In this document: in pieces, positions 19,550-28,941 of the stretch
How the letters are laid out: every line of letters begins with the position of its first letter
How positions within the stretch are numbered: the stretch's first letter is position 1
Assembly: GCA_027319585.1 (NCBI GenBank)
Contig: DAHVMY010000001.1
Coordinates: forward strand, 70,192 to 134,191
Length of the DNA: 64,000 bases
DNA from: Candidatus Dormiibacterota bacterium
GTDB taxonomy: Bacteria > Chloroflexota > Dormibacteria > Aeolococcales > Bog-877
Direction of reading: 5' to 3'
Translations under genes and position numbers: made by a program
The notes under the pieces: generated by a model
Database searches by the model: none
What the model was told of the DNA's origin: nothing
Seen by the model: only the letters and a program-made list of their open reading frames with translations

Positions 19550-20530
19550 GTGGCCGAGCTCACCTACCGAGAGGCGGTCCGCAGTGCGATGCGTGAGGAG
19601 ATGCACCGGGATCCCAGGGTCATTCTGATGGGGGAGAGCATCACCGGCTACGGCGGCTCGTACGCCGTGACCAAGGGTCTGGTGGAGGAGTTTGGCCCCC
19701 AGCGGGTCATGGAGACCCCGATCGCGGAGGCCGGCATCGTCGGATTCGCGGTGGGCGCGGCGATGGGCGGCCTGATTCCGGTGGCCGAGCTCATGACGGT
19801 CAACTTCGCACTGCTGGCACTGGATCAGATCGTCAACAGCGCGGCGAAGTTCCACTACATGTTCGGGGGGCAGTTCTCCGTCCCTCTGGTGGTGCGGACG
19901 GTCTCCGGCTTCGGTCAGCTGGGGCCGACCCACTCCCAGACGTTTGAGGGCTGGTTCGCCTCGGTGCCGGGCCTCAAGGTAGTGATGCCGGCGACGCCGG
20001 CCGACGCCAAGGGACTCCTGCTGGCCTCGATGCGTGACCCCGACCCGGTGATCTTCATCGAGCACAGCCTGCTGTACAGCACCCGGGGCGAGGTCCCAGC
20101 CGATGTCGACGCTGGCGTCGAGGTGCCAATCGGCAAGGCCCGGACGGCGCGGGAGGGGACCGACGTCACCCTGGTCGGCTACTCGCGGATGCTACTGCAG
20201 GCGATGCATGCCGCCGAGGTCCTGGAGCGGGAGGACGGGATCTCCTGCGAGGTGATTGATCTGCGCACCCTGCGCCCGCTCGACTACCCCGCCATGGTCG
20301 CTTCGGTGCGGCGCACCCACCGCCTGGTCCTGTGTGGCGAGGACTGGCGGACCGGGGGTTTCGGGGCCAGCCTTTTGGCGGAGATGCAGGATCGCTGCTT
20401 TGACGATCTGGACGCGCCGGTGCAGCGGGTCGCGATGCGGGACGTCCCGCTGCCCTATTCGCGCCAGCTCGAACGGTCTTTGATCCCCGCCAGTCAGCAG
20501 ATAGTGGACGCGGTGAGGCGCCTCAGCTGA
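19550..20530 (+). CDS. pdhB: 2-oxoacid dehydrogenase E1 component, beta subunit
   Basis: ..ILMGESI..GGSYAVTKGL..FGPQRVMETPIAEAGIVG.. is a typical E1-beta sequence. The GTG start lies 2 nt after the pdhA stop. Confidence 0.9.
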   Translation: MAELTYREAVRSAMREEMHRDPRVILMGESITGYGGSYAVTKGLVEEFGPQRVMETPIAEAGIVGFAVGAAMGGLIPVAELMTVNFALLALDQIVNSAAKFHYMFGGQFSVPLVVRTVSGFGQLGPTHSQTFEGWFASVPGLKVVMPATPADAKGLLLASMRDPDPVIFIEHSLLYSTRGEVPADVDAGVEVPIGKARTAREGTDVTLVGYSRMLLQAMHAAEVLEREDGISCEVIDLRTLRPLDYPAMVASVRRTHRLVLCGEDWRTGGFGASLLAEMQDRCFDDLDAPVQRVAMRDVPLPYSRQLERSLIPASQQIVDAVRRLS

Positions 20531-21867
20531 TGGCTTACCGCGTCACCATGCCCCAGATGGGCTACGACATGACCGAGGGGACGATCAATCGCTGGCTGGT
20601 GGAGGAGGGGTCCCGGGTCGAGCGCGGGGATGTCATCGCTTCCATCGCCACCGAGAAGGCCGACATCGACATCGAGGCCTATGCGAGTGGGGTGATGCGC
20701 AAGATCATCGCCCAACCCGGGGCCAAGGTTCCGGTCGGGGGTGAGATCGCGATCATCGCCGAGGCCGATGAGGACATCAGCCAGGAGCTCGCAGCCCCCC
20801 AGGGGGCGGCGCCCGAGGCCCCGGAGCCGGCACCGGCCACCGCGCCTTTGGCAGAGAGCGGGTCACCGGCTCCGGCTGAGCAGGTGCCGGCCAGCCCGGT
20901 GCCCGCGCCCGCCGAGTCCGTACCCCTGCCGGACTGGACCCAGCACCTGAGCCCCGCCGAGACGGCCGGCGCAGAGCCCGAGGCCGGGGTCCGGGTCAAG
21001 GCCAGCCCCCTGGCGCGCCGCCGCGCCCGCGAGCTGGGCATCGATCTCAGCCGGGTGAGGGGCAACGGACCGGAGGGCAGGATCACCGCAGAGGATGTGG
21101 AGGCGGTCGCCCGCTCGGGCGGGGTAGCGGTGGTGGCCAGCGCCCCCCCAGGCTCGCTGGCGATGGCCGATCCCACCGATCCCAGCCAGGTGGTGAAGGT
21201 GAGCCGGATGCGGGAGGCGATCGCCCGGCGCATGTCCGAGGCCAACAGCACCATCCCGCACTTCTACCTCAGCACCAAGGTGGACATGGACCGCTTGGTC
21301 CGGCTGCGGCAGGAGCTCAACGCGCTCAACGATCCGGGAACCCCGCGCTTCTCGGTGACGGACTTCATCATCCGGGCGATGGCGCTCACTCTGCAGCGCT
21401 ACCCCCAGCTGAATGCCGCCTACATCGGAGGGGAGCTGCGCCAGTTCTTCTCCAGCAACATCGCTTTGGCGGTCGCGGTCCCCGACGGGCTGGTGGCTCC
21501 GACCCTGCGAGCCTGCGAATCACTCTCCTTTGCGGAGCTGGCCCGCCGGGCCCACGACCTCGCCGAGCGCGCCAAGAGCAATCGTCTGCGCCCGGAGGAG
21601 ATGGCCGGGGCCCACACCGCGATCAGCAACCTCGGCATGTTCGGGGTCAGCCAATTTGCGGCCATCGTGACCCCGGGGCAGGGGAGCGTCCTGGCGGTGG
21701 GCGAGGTGACCGAGCAACCGGTGGTGCACGACGGCGAGCTCGCCGTCGGCCGGGTGATGGAGATGACCCTTTCCATCGACCACCGGGTCACCGACGGGGC
21801 CCAGGGCGCGGAGGCGCTCGGCTACCTCCGCTGGTGCCTGGAGCATCCCACAGCCTGTCTCATCTGA
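20530..21867 (+). CDS. pdhC: Dihydrolipoamide acyltransferase (E2), single lipoyl domain
   Basis: Lipoyl-Lys context ..IASIATEKADIDIEA.., Ala/Pro linker, E3-binding segment ..KASPLARRRARELGIDLS.., and catalytic ..LSIDHRVTDGA... Confidence 0.9.
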   Translation: MAYRVTMPQMGYDMTEGTINRWLVEEGSRVERGDVIASIATEKADIDIEAYASGVMRKIIAQPGAKVPVGGEIAIIAEADEDISQELAAPQGAAPEAPEPAPATAPLAESGSPAPAEQVPASPVPAPAESVPLPDWTQHLSPAETAGAEPEAGVRVKASPLARRRARELGIDLSRVRGNGPEGRITAEDVEAVARSGGVAVVASAPPGSLAMADPTDPSQVVKVSRMREAIARRMSEANSTIPHFYLSTKVDMDRLVRLRQELNALNDPGTPRFSVTDFIIRAMALTLQRYPQLNAAYIGGELRQFFSSNIALAVAVPDGLVAPTLRACESLSFAELARRAHDLAERAKSNRLRPEEMAGAHTAISNLGMFGVSQFAAIVTPGQGSVLAVGEVTEQPVVHDGELAVGRVMEMTLSIDHRVTDGAQGAEALGYLRWCLEHPTACLI

Positions 21868-21908
21868 GCGCTGCCGCATCAGCGCGAGCCGAACTTGAGG
21901 GAGTTGCA

Positions 21909-23279
21909 ATGAAGGATCTGGCGATCATCGGCTCGGGCCCCGGAGGTTACGTGGCGGCGATCCGGGCGGCGCAGCTGGGCATGGCGGTGACCCTGATCGA
22001 GGAGCAGGAGACGCTGGGGGGAATCTGCCTCAATTGGGGTTGCATCCCCTCCAAGGCGCTGCTGCGAAACGCCGAGGTGCTCCGCCTGATCCAGGAGGCT
22101 GACCATTTCGGCATCGAGACCGGCCAGGTGCGCTCCGACTTCGGCCAGGCGATCTCCCGGAGCCGGGAGGTGGTGACGAGGCTGGTGAACGGGGTCGCGT
22201 TCCTAATGCGCAAGAACGGCGTGGAGGTGGTCCGGGGGCGGGGTCGCCTCCTGTCGGAGCAGACGATCGAGATCCAGCCCTCGGGCCAGACCGTGGCCGC
22301 CTCCCAGATCGTCATCGCGACCGGGGCGCGCCCCAAGGTGTTGCCGGGGCTGGTGCCGGATGGCCGCACCACCTTCACCTACCGGGAGGCGCTGGAGCTG
22401 CGCCAGCTCCCCAAGAGCTGCGCGATCGTGGGGGGCGGCGCCATTGGGGCGGAGTTCGCCTATGTCTACTCCTCCTACGGAGTCCAGGTCACAATCGTCG
22501 AGGCTTTGCCGCGACTGCTTCCCCAAGAGGATGAGGACGTCTCGAAGGAGGTCACCCGGCAGTTCGAGCGCAAGGGCATTGGCGTCAAGACCGGCAGCCT
22601 CATCCAGCGGGCGGCGCGAGGTGGCGCCGGTTGGCAGCTGAGCCTGGAGAGCGGGGAGGTGGTGGAGGCGGAGATGGTCCTCACCGCCACCGGGGTCCAG
22701 GCGAACGTAGAGAACCTGGGACTCGAGGAGCTGGGCGTCAGGGTGGAAGGTGGGGTGATCAAGGTGGACCAGCACCTGCGCACCAACGTGCCTGGAGTCT
22801 TCGCCATCGGAGATGTGACCGGACCGCCGCTGCTGGCCCACGCCGCCAGCGCCGAGGGCGTGATCGCGGTGGAGACGGCGGCCGGGCGCGAGGTCGAGCC
22901 ACTGGACCATGACCTGGTCCCGCGCTGCACCTACTGCCAGCCGCAGGTGGCGTCGACCGGGCTCACTGAGCAACAGGCCAAGGAGCGGGGCTACCAGGTC
23001 AGGGTCGGCAAGTTCCCCTTCTCGGCGAGCGGCAAGGCGATCGCGATGGGAGACACCACCGGTTTCGTGAAGACCGTCGTGGACAGCGCCACCGGAAGGC
23101 TGCTGGGGACCCACGCCGTGGGAGCGGAGGTCACCGAGCTCCTGCCCGAGATGGTGATGGCTGCCTGGTCCGGTGTGCGTGCCGACCAGTTCGAGGCTCT
23201 GGTGCACGCGCACCCCACCCTTAGCGAGGCGCTCAAGGAGGCGGCGCTCGCGGCGGATGGCCAGGCGATCCACATCTGA
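21909..23279 (+). CDS. lpdA: Dihydrolipoyl dehydrogenase (E3)
   Basis: FAD motif IIGSGPGGYVAA, redox-active disulfide GGICLNWGCIPSK, and C-terminal ..HAHPTLSEA... ATG 21909 was chosen (MKDLAIIG...). Confidence 0.9.
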   Translation: MKDLAIIGSGPGGYVAAIRAAQLGMAVTLIEEQETLGGICLNWGCIPSKALLRNAEVLRLIQEADHFGIETGQVRSDFGQAISRSREVVTRLVNGVAFLMRKNGVEVVRGRGRLLSEQTIEIQPSGQTVAASQIVIATGARPKVLPGLVPDGRTTFTYREALELRQLPKSCAIVGGGAIGAEFAYVYSSYGVQVTIVEALPRLLPQEDEDVSKEVTRQFERKGIGVKTGSLIQRAARGGAGWQLSLESGEVVEAEMVLTATGVQANVENLGLEELGVRVEGGVIKVDQHLRTNVPGVFAIGDVTGPPLLAHAASAEGVIAVETAAGREVEPLDHDLVPRCTYCQPQVASTGLTEQQAKERGYQVRVGKFPFSASGKAIAMGDTTGFVKTVVDSATGRLLGTHAVGAEVTELLPEMVMAAWSGVRADQFEALVHAHPTLSEALKEAALAADGQAIHI

Positions 23280-23293
23280 CTTGGGCGGCTGGT

Positions 23294-23965
23294 TCAGATT
23301 CCGGTGATCCGGACTCCGGTCCTGGCCCGGTGGATGCGGTTCAGGGTCAGCAGGAGCGGGGTGATGCCCTCACAGGCGGCGGCGCTCGCCAACCCCCCTG
23401 CCAGGACCGGCCTCAAACCTGGGATCTCGGCCACGAGCGCAGCCACCTGATCGCAGGCGGGGCGGTCGTCGCCACAGATGAGGACATCCTCGTCCAGGGG
23501 GCGTTGAAGTCTCAGCAGCTGGCCGGCGGCCACGGTGTGGAGGGCCCCCACCACTCGGGCACCGGGGCACGCCGCCTGGACCCTCTGCGCGGCCGATCCC
23601 TCGGGCGGATGGATGGCGGTCGGCATCCCGTCCTCGAACTCCATGGGGACCGCGGTGGAGACGAGCACCTTGGAACCGTCCAGCCCCGTCAGTTCCGCGA
23701 GCTGGGACCCCAGCGCCGCGTAGGGGACGGCCATCACCACCAGGTCGGCGGCGTCCACCGCCTGCTGGTTCCCCATCCCCACGATCGGGGCCGACCCCGG
23801 TGGCAGGGTGGCCATCAGCTCGGCCGCACAATCCTCGGCGCGGACCAGGCTGCGAGACCCGAGCCAGACCCGGACCCCCGCCGCCGCCCATCGGGCCGCG
23901 AGCCCGCGTCCCATGGGGCCGGTGCCGCCCACCACCGCCACCGCGCCCGGGCTTGACGCTGCCAT
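23294..23965 (-). CDS. npdG: NADPH-dependent F420 reductase-like oxidoreductase (NpdG family)
   Basis: N-terminal Rossmann motif AVVGGTGPMGRGLAARWAAAGVRVWLGSRS, about 220 aa, typical of the F420:NADP oxidoreductase family. Start is at ATG 23965 or 23989. Confidence 0.7.
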   Translation of the reverse strand: MAASSPGAVAVVGGTGPMGRGLAARWAAAGVRVWLGSRSLVRAEDCAAELMATLPPGSAPIVGMGNQQAVDAADLVVMAVPYAALGSQLAELTGLDGSKVLVSTAVPMEFEDGMPTAIHPPEGSAAQRVQAACPGARVVGALHTVAAGQLLRLQRPLDEDVLICGDDRPACDQVAALVAEIPGLRPVLAGGLASAAACEGITPLLLTLNRIHRARTGVRITGI

Positions 23966-24007
23966 CGCTGATCCTCCAGATGTGGGCATGATCGGTATCC
24001 CGGCCCC

Positions 24008-24490
24008 TTGTCTACGATAGAGACCGTGAACCAGGCCGCCGCGACCTCAACCGACAGTGCGTCGGTGCCCGTCGCGCCACAGGCGGCTGGCCCCGGCCGT
24101 ACCTGGGCCATCGCTCCGGGGCTTTCCGCACGACTATATTCTCGGGTCGAGCTCGCGCCCCTTCAGACGGCGTATCAGGCCGGCGGGGGCACCGGAGAAA
24201 TCGGCGAACTGGCGCCGGCCGTCATGCTGCTGCGAGAGGTCGGCTGCGAGCTGCCTCGCCCCTGGGCCCGCCTCGACGACCTGCGTCTGGAGTCAAGAGG
24301 TGTGCTGTGGGCGCTGCGGGTTCGCCACCGGGTGGGCTGGGAGCTCGACGCCGGGCCCGGGGTCGCCCTGCTCCAGGCGGTGGCAGGGGACGATCGTGCT
24401 CAGGGCGGGCCCTCCGCGGCGGCGGTGGTGCTACAGGTTCCCGCCGCCTGGGATGAGGTTCTGGGCGGGACCGGCTCCTCTCCCGCATGA
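24008..24490 (+). CDS. Hypothetical protein, translationally coupled to the ChlD-like gene
   Basis: 160-aa ORF with strong GC3 bias. Its stop overlaps the ATG of the next gene (ATGA at 24487-24490). No recognisable motif. Start uncertain (TTG 24008 or GTG 24026). Confidence 0.45.
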   Translation: MSTIETVNQAAATSTDSASVPVAPQAAGPGRTWAIAPGLSARLYSRVELAPLQTAYQAGGGTGEIGELAPAVMLLREVGCELPRPWARLDDLRLESRGVLWALRVRHRVGWELDAGPGVALLQAVAGDDRAQGGPSAAAVVLQVPAAWDEVLGGTGSSPA

Positions 24491-26610
24491 GCATGACCGC
24501 CAGCGGCGCTCCGTTTCGGCTGCCGAGTTGGTCCGCGGTCGTCGGCCAGCCTCGGATGAAGCTCGCGCTGCTGCTGGCCGCCATCGACCCCGCCATCGGG
24601 GGCGTCCTGATCCGGGGTGAGCGGGGGACCGCCAAGTCCACCCTCGCCAGGGCCCTGGCCGGGGTGCTCCCGCCCCGCCGGGTGGTAGAGGGCTGCGCCT
24701 ACTCGTGCGACCCGGAGGATCCCTGGCGCTGCCCCGACTGTCGGGCCCGGCTCGCCGAGGACGGTCGCCTGCCCTTCAGGGAGGTGCCCACCCAGGTGGT
24801 GGAGCTGCCTCTGGGCGCCTCCGAGGACCGAGTCGTGGGAAGCCTAGACCTGGAGGCCGCGGTGCGCGAGGGGCGCCGGGTCTTCCAGCCTGGGCTGCTG
24901 GCGGAGGCCAACGGACAGGTGCTCTACGTCGACGAGGTGAATCTGCTGGACCACCATCTGGTGGACGTGCTGCTCGATGCGGCCGCCATGGGGGTGAATG
25001 TGGTGGAGCGCGAGGGGATATCGGTGGCGCATCCTTCCCACTTTGTCCTGATTGGCACCATGAACCCTGAAGAGGGAGATCTGCGCCCGCAGCTGCTGGA
25101 TCGCTTCGGTCTCTGCGTTGACGTGGAGGGGCTGCGGGATCCGGCGCAGCGGGTCCTGGTGATGCAGGCCAGCGATCTCGATGACGCGCGCGAGCGGGAC
25201 CGCGACGCCGCGTTGGCCAAGGAGCTGCGCCGCGCCCGGGCTCTGCTGGGACGGGTGGTCGTGCCACCTCAGCTGGTGCGGACGGCGGCCGCGATCGCGC
25301 TCGACCAGCAGGTGGTCGGTCACCGCGCGGACCTCGTCCTCTACCGAGCGGCGCGGGCGCGCCGGGCGCTGCGGATGGCCCAGGGTGACGGGGACGAAGA
25401 CCCGACCGTGAGCCTGCAGGACCTGCTGGAGGTTTCCGATCTGGTCCTGGTGCACCGGCGGCGCTCCAGTGGCAGTGGCGGCATCCCCGCCCAGGCCGGC
25501 GAGTCCGCGGACTCCTCGGAGCCGGCCGAGTCCGGGTCTCTTGCCGAGGCTTCGGACGAGTCCATGGCCGCAGCCGGAGCCGATGAGGTGGGAGATCAGG
25601 ATGAGGGATCCGCCTCCGAAGCCGTCAGCTCCAGCGTCGGCGCCGATCAGGAGGGGGGGGCGAGCACGGGCAGCCCGGGACCGGGGCGGGACACGGAGGT
25701 CGAGGTGGCCGATGCCGCGCCCAGCGGCCGGATCCAACTCCCGCGCGAGCGGTTGCGGCGGCACGGCAGCGGAAGGCGCAGCCAGACCGCTTCCCGCGAC
25801 CATCGTGGGCGCTATGTGGGGGCCACGGTGGTGGAGAAGACCACGGATCTGGCTCTGGACGCCACCCTCAGAGCGGCCGCGCCCCACCAGCGCAGCCGTC
25901 GCAGTCAGCACGCCAAGCCACCCGAGCTGGCGATCAGCCTCGAGCGGCGTGACCTGCGTCAGAAGATCCGCCAGCGGAGGATCGGCAATCTGATCGTCTT
26001 CTTGGTGGATGCGTCCGCCAGCATGGACGCCGAACAGCGCATGGACGCCACCAGGTCCGCCATCCTGGCCCTCCTCAAGGACGCCTACGTCCGTCGGGAC
26101 CGGGTCGCCATGATCTCGTTTTCTGGGCGGGTCGCCCGCACGGTGCTGCGCCCGACCGCCAGCGTCGATCTGGCGGAACGCCAGCTCAGCCGGCTGGCGG
26201 TGGGGGGAACCACACCCCTCACCCAGGGGCTGGTGGCCGCACTGGAGATGATCCGCAGCGAGCGCATGCGCGACCCGGAGGTGCTGCCGCTGCTGGTCCT
26301 GATCAGTGATGGTCGCGGGAACATCAGCATGCGTGGCGAGGAGCCTTTGGTGGAGGCTCAGCAGGCCGCTGCCCAGGTGCGGCGCGAGCAGATCCGGGCC
26401 CTGGTGATCGACTCCTCCCGTGACCACCTCTCGCCCTCGTCCCCGCTGCCCATGCCGGCCGCCCCGGGCGGGGCCCGCCTGGCGGGATATGCCTTCAACG
26501 CCTGTGCCGACCTGGCGGAGCGGATGGGAGCGCAGTATTTCGGGCTCTTCGACGTCTCCGAGCAGGGGATCCTGCGGCCGGTGGCCGAGGCCCTGCGGCG
26601 ATCCGGGTGA
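24487..26610 (+). CDS. ChlD/BchD-type chelatase-like subunit: N-terminal AAA+ (ChlI-like) domain, acidic linker, C-terminal vWA
   Basis: AAA+ motifs [47 protein letters not shown], and [20 protein letters not shown]. Acidic, Ser/Glu/Asp-rich (and Gly/Ala-rich) low-complexity linker. vWA MIDAS motif [13 protein letters not shown]. 707 aa. Confidence 0.8.
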   Translation: MSMTASGAPFRLPSWSAVVGQPRMKLALLLAAIDPAIGGVLIRGERGTAKSTLARALAGVLPPRRVVEGCAYSCDPEDPWRCPDCRARLAEDGRLPFREVPTQVVELPLGASEDRVVGSLDLEAAVREGRRVFQPGLLAEANGQVLYVDEVNLLDHHLVDVLLDAAAMGVNVVEREGISVAHPSHFVLIGTMNPEEGDLRPQLLDRFGLCVDVEGLRDPAQRVLVMQASDLDDARERDRDAALAKELRRARALLGRVVVPPQLVRTAAAIALDQQVVGHRADLVLYRAARARRALRMAQGDGDEDPTVSLQDLLEVSDLVLVHRRRSSGSGGIPAQAGESADSSEPAESGSLAEASDESMAAAGADEVGDQDEGSASEAVSSSVGADQEGGASTGSPGPGRDTEVEVADAAPSGRIQLPRERLRRHGSGRRSQTASRDHRGRYVGATVVEKTTDLALDATLRAAAPHQRSRRSQHAKPPELAISLERRDLRQKIRQRRIGNLIVFLVDASASMDAEQRMDATRSAILALLKDAYVRRDRVAMISFSGRVARTVLRPTASVDLAERQLSRLAVGGTTPLTQGLVAALEMIRSERMRDPEVLPLLVLISDGRGNISMRGEEPLVEAQQAAAQVRREQIRALVIDSSRDHLSPSSPLPMPAAPGGARLAGYAFNACADLAERMGAQYFGLFDVSEQGILRPVAEALRRSG

Positions 26611-26650
26611 GCGCGAGGCCGGCCTGCCGGGCTCTGCGACAATCACTCTT

Positions 26651-27682
26651 ATGAGCGAGTACCGGCAGGTGTATCCCTTCACCGCCCTGGTGGGGCAGGA
26701 CCAGATGCGCCTGGCGCTGGAGCTGAACGCGGTCAACCCCGCCATCGGGGGGGTCCTGATCCGAGGCGAGAAGGGGACGGCCAAGTCGACGGCGGTGCGG
26801 GCGCTCGCGCGGCTGCTCCCGGAGCTGAAGGTGGTCAAGGGCTGCCACTACTCCTGCGACCCCGAGTCGGATCGACTCTGTCAGGATTGCCAGGCCCGGC
26901 TCGGGTCCGGCGAGAACCCGCTGCCCTGGGAGACGCGGCGGATGCGGGTGGTGGAGCTGCCGATCAACGCCTCCGAGGACCGGGTGGTGGGCAGCATCGA
27001 CCTGGAGGCCGCCATCAGGTCGGGCGAGCGTCGCTTCGAGCCCGGGGTGCTGGCGGAGGCCAATCGCCAGATCCTGTACGTGGACGAGGTCAACCTCCTG
27101 GATGATCACATCGTCGACGTGCTCCTCGACGCGGCCGCGATGGGGGTGAACGTGGTGGAGCGCGAAGGGATCTCGGTGTGGCACCCGGCCCGGTTCATCC
27201 TGGTCGGCACCATGAACCCCGAGGAGGGGGACCTGCGTCCCCAGCTGCTGGACCGTTTCGGCCTCTGCGTTGACGTTCGCGGGATCACGGACGTGCGGGA
27301 GCGAGTCGAGATCGTTTTGCGCCGCGAGCAGTTCGAGGCGGACCCGGAGCAGTTCATCGCCGACTACGCGGAGCAGGAGGATGCGGAGCGCGACCGCATC
27401 CGGCGGGCGATCGCGGGGCTGGAGCAGGTCGAGGTCGCTCGCGAGGTCCTGGAGGGGATTGCCCGGCTCGCGATCGCGCTTGAGGTCGACGGCCACCGTG
27501 CCGACCTGGTCGCGCGCAAGGCGGCCCAGGCGCTGTCCGCCATGGAGGGTCGTCCGAGGGCCGGCGCCGCCGAGGTCGCGGCGGTGGCACCCATGGTCAT
27601 GGCGCATCGGATCCGGAGCCAGCCCGGGCAGCGGCCCCACGACGTGGCCGAGGTGGCGAGCAGGATCCTGGGGGAGGCCTGA
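26651..27682 (+). CDS. ChlI/BchI-type AAA+ chelatase-like ATPase subunit
   Basis: [40 protein letters not shown], Walker [13 protein letters not shown], and [23 protein letters not shown] 26651; the longer ORF from 26420 overlaps the ChlD-like gene. Confidence 0.85.
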   Translation: MSEYRQVYPFTALVGQDQMRLALELNAVNPAIGGVLIRGEKGTAKSTAVRALARLLPELKVVKGCHYSCDPESDRLCQDCQARLGSGENPLPWETRRMRVVELPINASEDRVVGSIDLEAAIRSGERRFEPGVLAEANRQILYVDEVNLLDDHIVDVLLDAAAMGVNVVEREGISVWHPARFILVGTMNPEEGDLRPQLLDRFGLCVDVRGITDVRERVEIVLRREQFEADPEQFIADYAEQEDAERDRIRRAIAGLEQVEVAREVLEGIARLAIALEVDGHRADLVARKAAQALSAMEGRPRAGAAEVAAVAPMVMAHRIRSQPGQRPHDVAEVASRILGEA

Positions 27683-27774
27683 CCGTGACGGCCCGGTCAC
27701 GAACGCCGGTTGGTCAGGTCACGGGACGGTCACCGATGGGTGAACGTCAGCTGGGGGATGCTAGGTTGGCCCAA

Positions 27775-27830
27775 CCGGCCGTGGCGCGGGGGCCGTCCTC
27801 CCACTTCGGTGGGACCTCCGCCACGGCCGG
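27775..27830 (+). other. Long GC-rich stem-loop: 12-bp outer stem, 6-bp inner stem, UUCG tetraloop
   Basis: CCGGCCGTGGCG (27775-27786) is the exact reverse complement of CGCCACGGCCGG (27819-27830). The inner stem is TCCCAC-ttcg-GTGGGA at 27799-27814. The structure lies between the ChlI-like stop (27682) and ATG 27857. Confidence 0.45.
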
Positions 27831-27856
27831 CTTGGTTGCGCGATATCGGGGCCGAG

Positions 27857-28255
27857 ATGGCCGACCCTGATCTCTCCGATCTGCTGCCCAAGGTTCCCTT
27901 TGAGGAGCTGATCATGCGCGCGGCGCTGGGCCTTCCGGGGCAGCCCCCGGTCGAGGTGGGGCTTCGCCAACCCCGATTCGGGGAGGCCACGGGCCGTCCC
28001 TGGAGCAACCGCCAGATGGCGCTCCGGCGGGCCCTGGGAGGGGTTATGTACCCGGCGGACCGTGACCAGCTCCTGGCCCAGACCGAGCGCTGGTTGCGGG
28101 ATCATCCGGCAGTGCGGCACGATCTTGAGCGGCTGCCCGAGCGCGTTTACGGCGGGGAGATGGACGTTCTCAGCACCCTGGAGGCGGAGTTGGCGGATGG
28201 CCCGGGTCACTCCACCGGATCGGGGAATCCGGCAGGCAGCGGGGAGAACCAGTAG
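27857..28255 (+). CDS. DUF2795-like small protein
   Basis: The segment [49 protein letters not shown] follows the DUF2795 pattern (YPA..xxL......L..LP.r.Y....dV). ATG 27857 was chosen because the hairpin occupies the upstream part of the ORF. Confidence 0.5.
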   Translation: MADPDLSDLLPKVPFEELIMRAALGLPGQPPVEVGLRQPRFGEATGRPWSNRQMALRRALGGVMYPADRDQLLAQTERWLRDHPAVRHDLERLPERVYGGEMDVLSTLEAELADGPGHSTGSGNPAGSGENQ

Positions 28256-28941
28256 CCGGCATCCGCCGGGCTGAAGTCGACCGCGGTCAAACCCCTTCGA
28301 AAGCCCTCCTCCAGACTCCGGCGCAGAGCTCTGTACGAGGGCCACATATCCTCCGGAGCGGTCGGCCCGAGGAGGGCGGGCGGGACCGGCGCCAGCATCA
28401 CGGGGTGCCGGCGCACTCCGGCGATCGCGCGCGCTCGGCCCTGGTCCAGGTGCCATTCGACCACCAGCCGGTCGGAGGGCCGCCCCTGGTTGAGAGGGTC
28501 GGTGCGGGTCCCGTAGTAATCGCGATGAAACCGTCGGGCGACCGCGCCCAGTCGGCTCAGGTTGAAGTGGGCGTTGCGGCTCTGGCCCGGGTCGAAGGTC
28601 CAGACCATCAGGTCCAGCCCCTGGGCCAGGGCGTGCCGCCGTTGGGCCAGCTTCAGCGCGCGTCCAACCCCCGCATCACGGCAGGAGGCGAGCACGCCGG
28701 CGGCGTGGGAACGATGGTAGACCCGTCCCTGCGGGGAGCGACCGGTGAAGCCGTAGGCGAACCCCACCGGCGCGCCGGCGGCGCGAGCCAGCAGGACGAT
28801 CCCTCCCGCATTTGCCATCGCCTTCAGCAGGGTGCTGGGCGCGGCCACCTCCGGGGCGCCCCAGATTTCAGCCTGGAGGGATGCCACCGCCTCGAGGTCG
28901 CTCGAGGAGCGGGCCAGGCGAACGCCATAATCGAGAATCAG
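28207..28941 (-). CDS. GNAT-family acetyltransferase-like protein (start codon unresolved)
   Basis: This is the C-terminal third of the 750-aa minus ORF. It reads as a GNAT-like protein (..[22 protein letters not shown].., ..[28 protein letters not shown]..). No ATG/GTG/TTG sits at the expected N-terminus. Options are CTG 28941, GTG 28887, or GTG 28992/29001. Confidence 0.55.
   Translation of the reverse strand: MILDYGVRLARSSSDLEAVASLQAEIWGAPEVAAPSTLLKAMANAGGIVLLARAAGAPVGFAYGFTGRSPQGRVYHRSHAAGVLASCRDAGVGRALKLAQRRHALAQGLDLMVWTFDPGQSRNAHFNLSRLGAVARRFHRDYYGTRTDPLNQGRPSDRLVVEWHLDQGRARAIAGVRRHPVMLAPVPPALLGPTAPEDMWPSYRALRRSLEEGFRRGLTAVDFSPADAGYWFSPLPAGFPDPVE

Noticed and set aside
24487-27682. Interpreting the ChlD/ChlI pair as evidence of (bacterio)chlorophyll synthesis or phototrophy.
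   Set aside because: There is no bchH/chlH, bchM, por or any other photosynthesis gene in the window. ChlI/ChlD homologues occur widely in non-phototrophs.
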